Origin: an uncultured Anaerolineales bacterium
Lineage (GTDB): Bacteria > Chloroflexota > Anaerolineae > Epilineales > Epilineaceae
Direction of reading: 5' to 3'
NCBI GenBank assembly: GCA_964549495.1
Contig: CAZJWJ010000001.1
Span: 3,020-67,019, forward strand
Length of the DNA: 64,000 nt
Shown one piece after another: positions 33,981 to 44,793 of the stretch. Position 1 is the first letter of the stretch. Every line of letters starts with the position of its first letter. The position numbers and the translations under genes are program-made. The notes beneath the pieces are model-generated. The model was not told where the DNA came from. It made no database searches and saw nothing but the letters and a program-made list of their open reading frames with translations.

Positions 33981-34517
33981 ATGCCCATCTACGAGTACCT
34001 CTGTCCGGACTGTAACCGGATCTACAGCTTCCTGGTGCGCCGGACCTCGGAGAAGCGCGAGCCGGCCTGCCCCCGCTGCGGCGCGGTCGACCTGCGCAAG
34101 CAGGTCTCCGGCTTCGCCTTCAAGCGCAGCGCGGAATCGGCCGGCGGATCGAGCGGCGCGGAGGGTGGTGACGATGGCCTCGGCGACCCGATGGATGCGA
34201 TGGGCGGCATGGGCGACATGGGGGCGATGGACGACCCCCGCGTCGAGCGCGAGATGATGAAGCTGATGCGCGATGCCGAGCACATGGACGAGAACGACCC
34301 GCGCCAGCTGGCGCGCTTGATGCGCAAGATGAGCGAGGTCTCCGGCGAGCCCTTCGACGCCGGCATGGAGGAGGCCGTGCGGCGCATGGAGGCCGGCGAA
34401 GACCCGGAGCGCATCGAGGAGGACATGGGCGAGGACCTGGACGATGCCGGCGGCGCGATGGGCATGGGCGGAGCGCTCGGCGCGCCGACGCGCGACGACG
34501 GGCTCTACGACCTCTAG
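33981..34517 (+). CDS. FmdB-family (CxxC-CxxC) zinc-ribbon protein with a long Met/Asp/Glu-rich tail
   Basis: MPIYEYLCPDCNRIYSF...ACPRCG is the FmdB zinc-ribbon signature. An acidic, Met-rich C-terminal extension of about 120 aa follows. Confidence 0.75.
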   Translation: MPIYEYLCPDCNRIYSFLVRRTSEKREPACPRCGAVDLRKQVSGFAFKRSAESAGGSSGAEGGDDGLGDPMDAMGGMGDMGAMDDPRVEREMMKLMRDAEHMDENDPRQLARLMRKMSEVSGEPFDAGMEEAVRRMEAGEDPERIEEDMGEDLDDAGGAMGMGGALGAPTRDDGLYDL

Positions 34518-34541
34518 CGGTCGAGGCCCGATCCTCAAGCC

Positions 34542-35395
34542 ATGAGCCAGCGACCCGGCGGACGGACGCCCGCCCGCGTGCTGACGGTCGAGGCCGGCGC
34601 CGCCCACGCGCGGCCCGACAGCCTGGCGACCGAGGAGCCCTTGGAGATCCGCATCGATCCTGGTGGCAAGGCCTTTCGGCTGGCGATCACCATGCGCACG
34701 CCAGGCCAGGACTTCGATCTGGCGGCCGGATTCCTCTATGGCGAAGGCATCGTGACCGGTAAAGGCGACATCCGGCGCCTGGCCTACTGCGCCGACGCGG
34801 ATCTGACCGAGGAGGAGCGCGACAACGTCGTCACGGTCACGCTGCGCCAAGGTCTGACCGTCGACCTGCGCAAGCTCGAGCGGCACTTCTTCACCACCAG
34901 CGCCTGTGGCGTTTGCGGCAAGGCCAGCTTGGAGCAACTGGATCTGCGAGGTCTCGAGCCGGTGGAAGGTGAGCTCCAGGTGACGCCCGAGATCCTGACC
35001 GCCCTGCCGGGGCGACTGCGCGAGGCCCAGGGGCTCTTCGAGCGCACCGGCGGGCTGCACGCGGCCGGGCTCTTCGACCGCCAGGGGCAGCTGATCGCGC
35101 TGCGCGAGGACGTGGGGCGCCACAACGCCCTGGACAAGCTGATCGGCTGGGCCCTGATGGAGGATCGGCTGCCGCTCTCCGAGCACATCGTCCTGGTCAG
35201 CGGCCGGGCCAGCTACGAGCTGATGCAGAAGGCCTTGGCGGCCGGCCTGCCCATGCTCTGCGCCGTCTCGGCACCCAGCAGCCTGGCGGTGGACGTGGCG
35301 CGGCGCTTCGGAATGACCCTGGTGGGCTTCCTGCGCCAGGAACGCTTCAACGTCTACGCCGGGGCCGCACGGGTGGCGCTGGAGGAGGCGCCGGC

Positions 35396-35399
<4 letters not shown>
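34542..35399 (+). CDS. fdhD: Formate dehydrogenase accessory sulfurtransferase FdhD
   Basis: 285 aa with the FdhD signature (TSACGVCGKASLE ... GGLHAAGLFD ... REDVGRHNALDKLIGW). Confidence 0.9.
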
Positions 35400-37504
<2,105 letters not shown>

Positions 37505-37552
37505 GGCTCTCCCGGCGGCGATCACGCTGCGTCGAGTCATGTCCAGCGGGAT

Positions 37553-40072
37553 CTAGCGCAGGCTGCCGCGGTCGAGCCGTGGGAGCTGTAGCTTGTATGG
37601 ACCTCGCTGGATCGGGGGAGCCGCGCGGTCATCGAGCGCCCCGAAGAGGTGGATGCGGTTGCGCGACAGGTCGGAGACCGCGATCTGGCCGGTCGGGCCG
37701 ATGGCCAGGGCGGCGATCCCCCAATCTTCCGCGTCGTCGGGACGATCGAAAGTCTGCCAGCGCGCGGCCTCCCAGCCATCGGGCTCGAAGACGCGGATGC
37801 GGCCGCTGCCCTCTAGCACGTAGGCGCGGCCGGCCGCATCCATCGCCAGGTCCATCGGCGCCTCGAAGTCCTCCGGGCCGAGCTCGAAGCTCGGCGCGCC
37901 GATGGCCGTCTGCAGGCGACCGTCGAGTCCGAAGTGCAGCAGGCGCGTCCAGGTCAGGATCCACAGGCCTTGGCCATCCGGCGCGAGCTCGACGCGATAG
38001 CCCCCGTCGCCTGGGTGTCGCAGGGCTTCGTAGAAGCTCCAGGTCGCCAGGTGGTCCCCGGCCGCGCTCAGGTGGTGGACCTCGAGGAAGCGGTTGTCGA
38101 TCAGCCAGATCGAGCCGTCGGGGGCAGCCGCCAGATCGGAAAGCTCCCAGTCCCGCTCCGCCGGCAGCTCGATGATGCCCATGCCCCGACCGCGAGCGTC
38201 GAGCCGCTCGATCCGGGGCCACCAACCGGGATCCAGGCCCAAGATCTCGCCCTCGGGTCCCGGCGCGAAGCGCGTGATGTCCCCACCGTGATCCAATGCC
38301 CCGATCCGGGTGCCGGATCGCAGATCGAAGCGACTGGTGGACAAGGGCACGCCGTCGCCGAAGTCGATCCCCCAGAGCTCTCGAGCGCCCGCCCAGACCA
38401 GCGCCGAGCAGCAGCTGATCCAGTCCTCGCGCACCGGGACGTCGATCTGTCCCAATCCTTCCGGGGCGCCGGCGGTCGGCTCTGCGCGCGGCGGCGGGGG
38501 CACGACAGTGACCCGCGTGGGTGAGGCGGTGGGATCGGGCGCCGGGGTGAGGAAGGCCGGCTCGGTGGGCCAGACCGGTGGTCGGGCGAGGAAGGGAACC
38601 CGGGCTCGGTTCGTCGCGCGATCGATCGGGAAAGCCGTGTAGAGCGCGACGTCTCCTCGGGTGTGCTCGCCCGTCTGGACGGACACGGGGGCGTCGGCGA
38701 GGATCTGTCCCGCAAGCGCTGTGCTCTCCTCTCGGCCAGACAATCCGAGCACCCAGGAGTCGAAGGCGTGGGCCTCGAGACGCTGACCGACGGGACCTCC
38801 GTGGTTCACGCTCTCTCCCCGGGCCCCCCAGGCATGCAGCACGGCATCCACCGGCTCCGCTCCCGGGTTGAGCGCCGCGACGTGGCTCCATCGGCCGGGT
38901 CCCCATGCCAGCCAGGGCATGGCCAGGTCCAGGGCCATCGCGGAGGATGCCGGCAGCGCCAATGCCTCCGGGCCCCCGTTCACGCCGCTGCCCCCGAGCA
39001 CGATCGTGGCGGCCAGGATGCTACCGGTCGTGGCCCGCAACGAGACGAGTCCCGCGCAGTCGGTTGGAAGGGGGAGGTCGGCTTCGGAGCGCGGCGCGAC
39101 CCATGCCGAACCGCCGGGCACCAGCCCGAGGTCGGGACCCACGATGGGCTCGGCACCACAGCGGTCCCGAAAGCTGGAATCGGGATGGTAGCGCAGCTCG
39201 ACCTGGGCCGGACCCGGGCCCGGGTTGACGATGGCGAGCGTGCTCGGCGCCGACCGACCGAATCCGGTGGAGAACTGGCTGTGCAGCTCGGTCGTCGCGG
39301 AGCTCGTCGCCAAAGCGCCGATGGCGGCCGCGACCCCATCACCTCGCGCGCGGTACACCAGCAGTCCGGCCGCGGTGACCGGGCGATCGGATTCGATCCC
39401 GGCATAGCCCTGGAAACGGCCTCCGAGGGCTTCGAAGCCTGGCCCGGCCAGATCGTAGGCGGCGGACCCGCCGGCCGGCAGCGAGACCCGACCCTGCCAG
39501 ACCGGCTCGGCAGCATCGGCAGAGAAGGGAACGAGCGCGATCTCCACCTCGGCCGGCAGGTCCGGATCGGTATTCTGGACCGACAGGATCGCGCTCTCCT
39601 GGGTACCGGAGATCGCCAGGTAGGGCAAGCGCAACGCCGTGGAGGGCTCTTCGGCCACGCTGATGGCGAGGTTCTCCGCCTCGTCATCGATCGGCCAGGC
39701 ATGGCGCGCCAGCGCGGCCAAGCGCCCGGTCCCGCGCACATCGGCGGCGTAGAGGCCGGCCGAGAGCTCGGGCAGTTCCGCCAGATCCACGACGCGATGG
39801 GCCATGCCGGGCACGTCCTCGAAGCTGCGCGAGGCGGCCAGCTGCCCATCCGGGCGGCGGATGTCGACGCTCATGTCGATGGGCTGACCGCCGGCACCTT
39901 CCAGATTCTGGACGACGAGCTTGCTCTGCGGCAAGCCGATGGAGACGAGCTGGTCGACAGCGGGCGGCGGTGCATCCTGAGCCGGCTGCGGCAAGGCGGC
40001 ACGGGCCGTGACCAAGGCTGCGAGCACGAGACCGAAGACCAGACCGACGCGAAGCGGCTGCACCCTGTCCAT
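37553..40072 (-). CDS. Secreted protein with a C-terminal NHL-like beta-propeller
   Basis: Signal peptide (LRVGLVFGLVLAALVTARA). C-terminal NHL-like repeats are present (APDGSIWLIDNRFLEVHHL, DAAGRAYVLEGSGRIRVFEPDG, GPTGQIAVSDLSRNRIHLFG). The N-terminal half has no recognisable domain. Confidence 0.6.
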   Translation of the reverse strand: MDRVQPLRVGLVFGLVLAALVTARAALPQPAQDAPPPAVDQLVSIGLPQSKLVVQNLEGAGGQPIDMSVDIRRPDGQLAASRSFEDVPGMAHRVVDLAELPELSAGLYAADVRGTGRLAALARHAWPIDDEAENLAISVAEEPSTALRLPYLAISGTQESAILSVQNTDPDLPAEVEIALVPFSADAAEPVWQGRVSLPAGGSAAYDLAGPGFEALGGRFQGYAGIESDRPVTAAGLLVYRARGDGVAAAIGALATSSATTELHSQFSTGFGRSAPSTLAIVNPGPGPAQVELRYHPDSSFRDRCGAEPIVGPDLGLVPGGSAWVAPRSEADLPLPTDCAGLVSLRATTGSILAATIVLGGSGVNGGPEALALPASSAMALDLAMPWLAWGPGRWSHVAALNPGAEPVDAVLHAWGARGESVNHGGPVGQRLEAHAFDSWVLGLSGREESTALAGQILADAPVSVQTGEHTRGDVALYTAFPIDRATNRARVPFLARPPVWPTEPAFLTPAPDPTASPTRVTVVPPPPRAEPTAGAPEGLGQIDVPVREDWISCCSALVWAGARELWGIDFGDGVPLSTSRFDLRSGTRIGALDHGGDITRFAPGPEGEILGLDPGWWPRIERLDARGRGMGIIELPAERDWELSDLAAAPDGSIWLIDNRFLEVHHLSAAGDHLATWSFYEALRHPGDGGYRVELAPDGQGLWILTWTRLLHFGLDGRLQTAIGAPSFELGPEDFEAPMDLAMDAAGRAYVLEGSGRIRVFEPDGWEAARWQTFDRPDDAEDWGIAALAIGPTGQIAVSDLSRNRIHLFGALDDRAAPPIQRGPYKLQLPRLDRGSLR

Positions 40073-40350
40073 TCGAAATGCTCCTCTCGATCCATCGCGA
40101 AGCTCGGCCCCACCAGGCTGGCATCGACCCGCTCGCCCCGCCCGCCGAGTATTCGGCGGCTTCCATGCGGCTTCAGGTCATCGGCCCTACGCATGGGTCT
40201 TCGGATCCACCCGGCCGAGACGGCGGAGGCCCCCGCTCGATCGAGCAGGGACCTCCGTCCACGCACCGGGCAGCGTCGCGTTCTGCTCAGGTCATCGGCG
40301 AGGACGGTCGACGCTGCCTTCTGCCACGCCGAGACGCGGCATCTGGCCGC

Positions 40351-41862
40351 TCACGGACAGCCGCACTTCCAGACCAGTCCGTTGAAGAGCGGGTGGTAGG
40401 GCAGGGACGGGTTGCGTAGACCGAGCCAGGTCCGGGGCACGTTCAACGGCCCCGCGGGTAGGTTCGGGTTACAGAGCTCTCCGTAGCCCGCGATGGATTC
40501 GGGATTCCCTGAAGCGGCGTTGATGGCCACGATCGGGACCCTTCCGATCACACCATCACACAGGCGCGGCTCGAAGGTGAGGGTCGGCGTCACGCCTGGC
40601 GTAACGCCAGGGGTAACACCGGGTGTCTCTCGCGGCGTCACCACGGGCGTGTGACTAGGATCGGGAATGTGATCGACCGGACAGTCCAGCATGTCCGAGT
40701 CCCCGGTAGCGTTCTGGTTACCGCCAGCCCGGAAGCGCCCGCGCCCGCCGTAGTGGATGGCCGCGCCCAGTTGCGACGCCCAAGCGGCCGCGCCGCCCAC
40801 GCGCTCCTCGTCGCCGCTGCTCAGTTCGATCCAGAGCGGTGGATTCGGTGTCAGGTCCAGCGCGTAGGTCTTGCGGCTGGCGTTCTCGCGGTCGCCCTGC
40901 GGGCCGGTGGTCGTGCCACCGGTGACCACCATCCGGTTGCCCGTCGCGTCGTAGGCTGCTGCATGGAAGGACAGGCTGGGCGCGATGCCGCCGGTGGCCA
41001 GGCGCTGCCAGGTCGTCGCCTGATCCGGCCCCTGGCTCAGGTCGAGCTGGTAGACATCGCGCTCGTTGCGGCTGCCGTCCTTGGTGCCGCCGAAGACCAG
41101 CAGGCGCTGGCCGGCCGGGTCGTGGACCATCGTGTGGCCGTAGAGCCCGTTGGGCACGCCGGCGCTGGGTCCGTTGTTCAGACTGGCTACGCCGCTCGAG
41201 TCCCAGCTCGAGTAGCGGGTGGGGATGTTGGAAGCGCGGCAGGGCCGGTCGGCCGCCGCGCAGTCCTGGATGCCACCGACCACCCAGAGCGTATCGGAAG
41301 CCGGGTCGTAGGCCGCTGCCGCGAAGAGGCGCTCGGTCAGGCTGCCGGCCGGGTTGAGCTGCTGGGCCGCGCCGGGATTCGCGCCGCCGGTGGGCAGGAA
41401 GAGGATGGAATCGTCCCCCTCGCCCTCGGCCTCGTCGTCGGCGCCGCCGACGAAGTAGGCGCCGCGCTGCTCCTCGGGCACGCTCGGGCCGCCGCGGTAG
41501 GCGCCGGCCGCGCCGAAGCGCTGCAGGCCGGCCGAGCGCGGCGCGCCGTGGCTGGCATCGGCCGGGTTGGTGCTGGAGACGTCGAGCGCCATCACCGAGC
41601 CGGAGACATCGCCCGAGGCGTCCAGGCCGCCGTAGAGGTAGAAGTGCTGCTGGTCGCTGTCGAAGGCCCCGGCTACGTGAAAGCGGCCGCGCGCATCGCG
41701 GACCAGCTCGGTCCAGCTGCAGGTTGGGTTCTGTTGGGCCGGTGCGGCCTGCGCATTGGGCGGTCCGCCGACGGTCAGGGCGAAGAGCGCCAGGCTCATC
41801 GCGATCGAGGTCAGGGTCAAGGCCGGCATCCAGCGCCGGGATCGTGTTCTCGAGTCCATCAT
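40351..41862 (-). CDS. Secreted Kelch-repeat beta-propeller protein with a TPGV repeat linker and a Cys-containing C-terminal domain
   Basis: Signal peptide (LTLTSIAMSLALFALTVGGPPNAQA). Six Kelch-like blades have GG doublets (FYLYGGLD, YFVGGADD, LWVVGGIQD, LLVFGGTKD, MVVTGGTT, AIHYGGRG). TPGVTPGVTPGVTP is encoded at about 40580-40625. Confidence 0.7.
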   Translation of the reverse strand: MMDSRTRSRRWMPALTLTSIAMSLALFALTVGGPPNAQAAPAQQNPTCSWTELVRDARGRFHVAGAFDSDQQHFYLYGGLDASGDVSGSVMALDVSSTNPADASHGAPRSAGLQRFGAAGAYRGGPSVPEEQRGAYFVGGADDEAEGEGDDSILFLPTGGANPGAAQQLNPAGSLTERLFAAAAYDPASDTLWVVGGIQDCAAADRPCRASNIPTRYSSWDSSGVASLNNGPSAGVPNGLYGHTMVHDPAGQRLLVFGGTKDGSRNERDVYQLDLSQGPDQATTWQRLATGGIAPSLSFHAAAYDATGNRMVVTGGTTTGPQGDRENASRKTYALDLTPNPPLWIELSSGDEERVGGAAAWASQLGAAIHYGGRGRFRAGGNQNATGDSDMLDCPVDHIPDPSHTPVVTPRETPGVTPGVTPGVTPTLTFEPRLCDGVIGRVPIVAINAASGNPESIAGYGELCNPNLPAGPLNVPRTWLGLRNPSLPYHPLFNGLVWKCGCP

Positions 41863-42088
41863 CGTTGCATCCCTCCGGTTCTCGAACGGTTGGTCATCCG
41901 AGGAGCGAGGTGATGGCGATGCGACGGTGCTTGCAAGCCTTGCGCGGATCCTTCACCACTCCGTCCCCGTTCTTGCCCGGTATGGACAAGGCGGGGTTAC
42001 AAGAGCGGTCCGGCGGCGAGTCCTCGCGGGTCTTGCAGGCAAGGGGCGCGGCGGTCCGGCGAGGACGGGTTGTAAGGGAGCCTCGGGT

Positions 42089-44629
42089 CTACTCGGCGCG
42101 CACGTAAACAGGAGACTGGCCGATGCTGACGCTGATGCTGCTGCCGGTATGGACGCTCGACTGCCCCAGCGCATTGGTCACCCGGATCTTGCCGGTCCAG
42201 TCCGGCAGGATGCTGGCGTCGAAGACCATGTTCCGGTTGATGGTGCTGGTACCGCGCCGGCCGATGCGCTCGCCGGTATCGGTGAAGGCCACCACCGTAT
42301 GGTCATCGCTGTAGGGGTCGCGCAAGCGGTAGGCCTCGATGCGGCTGCTGCCGGTCTGGCCGGTGGAGAAGCGCCGCTCGTAATCCAGGCCGCCCAGCAT
42401 CTCCTGTGCGGTGCGGAAGGCAGCATGGGCCGGCTTGACCGCGTTGTCCTGCGAGCCCGCATAGCCCGGCAGGGGGTTACTGCCGCCGCAGGCGCGCGAG
42501 GCATCGTAGACCGCGCGCGATCGCAGGAGCCCGAAGGTCTGCCAGGCGTAGATGTCGTTGCAGCTGCCGGTGAAGCGGTCCTTGCCCACGAACCAAAGCA
42601 CCGCCGGCGAGCCCTCCGCCAGCGCCCTGGCCAGAACGCGACCTGGATAGGCCGCCTGCAGGGACTCGTTCCGGTTGGTCCAGTCGTCGGCCGGCGCGCT
42701 GGACAGTCCGACCTCGGTGATGGCGATGGGCTTGGAACGCAGATCGAAGCTGCCAGGGCGGTACAACTGGTACCGACTCAGGTGCGAGAGCTTGGCCGAT
42801 AGCTCTTGGTTGTAGGGCTGGCTGCCATCCCAGTTGTTGCGGAAATCGTTGTAGATATGCACCGCCATCCAGTCGAAGAAAGGAAAGTCGGGCTCGCTCC
42901 CATGGGCGCCGTGCAGCGCGGTCAGGCTGTCCTGGACGAAGCCAAAGTCGAAGGGGCCGCTGGGGCTGTAGCCGGTCTTGTTGTAGAAGCGCTCGTAGGC
43001 CACGCCGCCGAAGACGATGACCGCCCGCGGGTCGGCCGCCTTGGCCGCCTGCCAGGTCGCGCGCAGATGCGTGCCGTAGGCCGCGGCGCGAGCACCGCCG
43101 AAGCAGCTGCCGTGATCGGGCTGGCCGGCGGAACGCGTGCGATCGAAGTCGGGCTCGTTTTCCACCTCCCAATGGCGGATGATCGGCGAGCCGGGCGCGT
43201 CGTCGATGCCGTCACCGTCGTAGCGCTCGACCAGCGCCGTGACATAGGCCTGATAGCGCGCGATCGGCACGCGATCGATGGGACCGCAACCATCGCTGGA
43301 GGCCCAGTCCGGGCGGGTGTAGAGCACGGCGAAGGGTCGCAAGCCAGCCTGATTGATCGACAGGGCCACGTCGTCCAGGGACATCCAGTGATAGTCCGGC
43401 GGCGAGCGATCGTCCGGCTCGAGCCAGCGCCATTGCACCGGCAAGCGCACGAAATGCGCGCGCGCCTGCGAGATCCGATCCAGCACCTGCTCGTCCTGGG
43501 TCTCGTCACCGAAGAGCTGCACGCCGAAGACCCCGTCCGCCGGCGGTGGGAAGGTCGGATTCGGTGTCGGGGTCGAGCTGGCCGGCAGGGTCGGGCTCGG
43601 CGTCGGGGTGATGCTGGGGATCGGGGTATCGCTCGGCGTGGGAGTGACCGTCGGTGTGGCGCTGGGCGTCGCGGTGGCGGTCACCGTCGGCGTGCGCGTC
43701 GGGGTTCGGGTCGCGGTCGCGGTCGAAGTCGCGCTGGGGATCGGTGTGTCGCTGGGTGTCGGCGTGATACTCGGTGTTGGCGTGATACTCGGTGTTGGTG
43801 TGATGCTCGGTGTTGGCGTCACGGTCGGCGTCTGCGTCACGGTCGGCGTCGAGGTCACCGTCGGTGTCCGGGTCACGCTCGGGGTCGGCGTCGGCGTGCC
43901 GGTGGTCGTGGGCGTCGCGCTGCTGGAGGCCGTGGGGCTGATGCTCGGCGTCGGCGTGATGCTGGGTGTGAGCGTGATGCTGGGCGTCGGCGTCGTGCTC
44001 GCCGTCGGCGAGGCCGTTTCCGTCTCGGGCGGTGGGGTGGCGCTGGGCTCGGCGCCCCCTTCCGGTGTCGCGCTGCTGGTCGCCGTCCCGTCGGGCCCGA
44101 TGGTGGGGGTGGCGCCGGACAGGGCCGTCGGATCGAGCGTCGGTTCGACGCTCGGCGCGGGCGGCGCCTGGGTCATCGTCACCGCGATCGTCGGCGTCGT
44201 CGTGGCGGTTCGACCCGGATTTCCACCGGGCAGGTGGGTCGGTGTGGCCACGGGCGTATCCGCCGGAGCGGGCTCGCCGGACGGGGATGGTGCCACGACC
44301 GTGACCTCCGGATCGGGCGTCGGCTCGTCGACCGGGGTCGCGCTGGGCTCGCCGGGCAGGGGGGTGGGCTCCTCGGAGCGCGCCCGATCACAAGTTGCCG
44401 AGACGTCCGTGGACGACAGCCGCGGGGCCGGGTTCACCGTCGAGCTGCGCTGCAAGACGATGGGAAAGTAGATGCAGTGGCTGCCGCTCGACTGCGCGCG
44501 CGCCGACGACGAGTCGGTTCCTACCGACGCCCAGAGAAAGCAGAGCATCGCGAGGCAGGTGGTAACGAGCGACGCGGCCACATGGCCGCGCGCCGGCACG
44601 CGATGCGGATCCCCCCTGCCACGGCTCAT
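42089..44629 (-). CDS. Secreted clan GH-A (TIM-barrel) glycoside hydrolase-like protein behind a ~300-aa Pro/Thr/Ser repeat linker
   Basis: The catalytic-domain pattern ...HFVRLPVQWRWLEP... and HWEVENEPDF carries the NEP acid/base motif of clan A. A TM/signal segment is present (AASLVTTCLAMLCFLWASVG). The start at ATG 44629 is preferred over the track start at 44725. Confidence 0.65.
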   Translation of the reverse strand: MSRGRGDPHRVPARGHVAASLVTTCLAMLCFLWASVGTDSSSARAQSSGSHCIYFPIVLQRSSTVNPAPRLSSTDVSATCDRARSEEPTPLPGEPSATPVDEPTPDPEVTVVAPSPSGEPAPADTPVATPTHLPGGNPGRTATTTPTIAVTMTQAPPAPSVEPTLDPTALSGATPTIGPDGTATSSATPEGGAEPSATPPPETETASPTASTTPTPSITLTPSITPTPSISPTASSSATPTTTGTPTPTPSVTRTPTVTSTPTVTQTPTVTPTPSITPTPSITPTPSITPTPSDTPIPSATSTATATRTPTRTPTVTATATPSATPTVTPTPSDTPIPSITPTPSPTLPASSTPTPNPTFPPPADGVFGVQLFGDETQDEQVLDRISQARAHFVRLPVQWRWLEPDDRSPPDYHWMSLDDVALSINQAGLRPFAVLYTRPDWASSDGCGPIDRVPIARYQAYVTALVERYDGDGIDDAPGSPIIRHWEVENEPDFDRTRSAGQPDHGSCFGGARAAAYGTHLRATWQAAKAADPRAVIVFGGVAYERFYNKTGYSPSGPFDFGFVQDSLTALHGAHGSEPDFPFFDWMAVHIYNDFRNNWDGSQPYNQELSAKLSHLSRYQLYRPGSFDLRSKPIAITEVGLSSAPADDWTNRNESLQAAYPGRVLARALAEGSPAVLWFVGKDRFTGSCNDIYAWQTFGLLRSRAVYDASRACGGSNPLPGYAGSQDNAVKPAHAAFRTAQEMLGGLDYERRFSTGQTGSSRIEAYRLRDPYSDDHTVVAFTDTGERIGRRGTSTINRNMVFDASILPDWTGKIRVTNALGQSSVHTGSSISVSIGQSPVYVRAE
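43560..44010 (-). repeat. In-frame low-complexity tandem repeats encoding (T/S)P(T/S)(I/V)TP units
   Basis: Three consecutive 18-nt units lie at 43761-43814 (ggcgtgatactcggtgtt, repeated exactly, then ggtgtgatgctcggtgtt). They are embedded in about 450 nt of related degenerate repeats. Confidence 0.8.
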
Positions 44630-44780
44630 ATGCGGCCGATCGTTCCCGGGACTGGCAAGCTCTCGTTCGTCGATATTGCTTAACACTTTACCCTGGCCGC
44701 GACATGCGAACAACCTACGATGCACGACAACCCTGAATTCTCGGGGCGTGCTCCCGTCCGCTGGCCTTCGGGCGGCAGGC

Positions 44781-44786
44781 TATAAT
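44781..44786 (+). promoter_or_regulatory. Consensus -10 box (TATAAT) 7 nt upstream of the recO ATG; leaderless or near-leaderless recO
   Basis: TATAAT at 44781-44786 and ATG at 44794. There is no Shine-Dalgarno in between and no convincing -35. Confidence 0.4.
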
Positions 44787-44793
44787 CTGGCGC

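Noticed and set aside
33882-35186. N-terminal 435 codons of the 1203-aa ORF 31575..35186
   Set aside because: This part is antisense to the FmdB-like and fdhD genes. An internal ATG (33881) gives a proper signal peptide, so the extension is artefactual.
40008-40419. Plus-strand ORFs 40008..40385 and 40078..40419 in the long intergenic gap
   Set aside because: There are no motifs and no RBS, the composition is Arg/Pro-rich, and they overlap the ends of flanking minus-strand genes. The gap more likely holds regulatory sequence.
43560-44010. Whether the short tandem repeats could be a CRISPR array
   Set aside because: The repeats are 18 nt, contiguous with no spacers, in frame inside a long ORF, and translate to a Pro/Thr linker.
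42806-44683. 625-aa (+) ORF and the Gly/Val-rich 43608..44471 (+) ORF
   Set aside because: They are the antisense reading of the GH gene and of its Pro/Thr repeat. The Gly/Val periodicity is just the complement of the TP(S/T)xTP codons.
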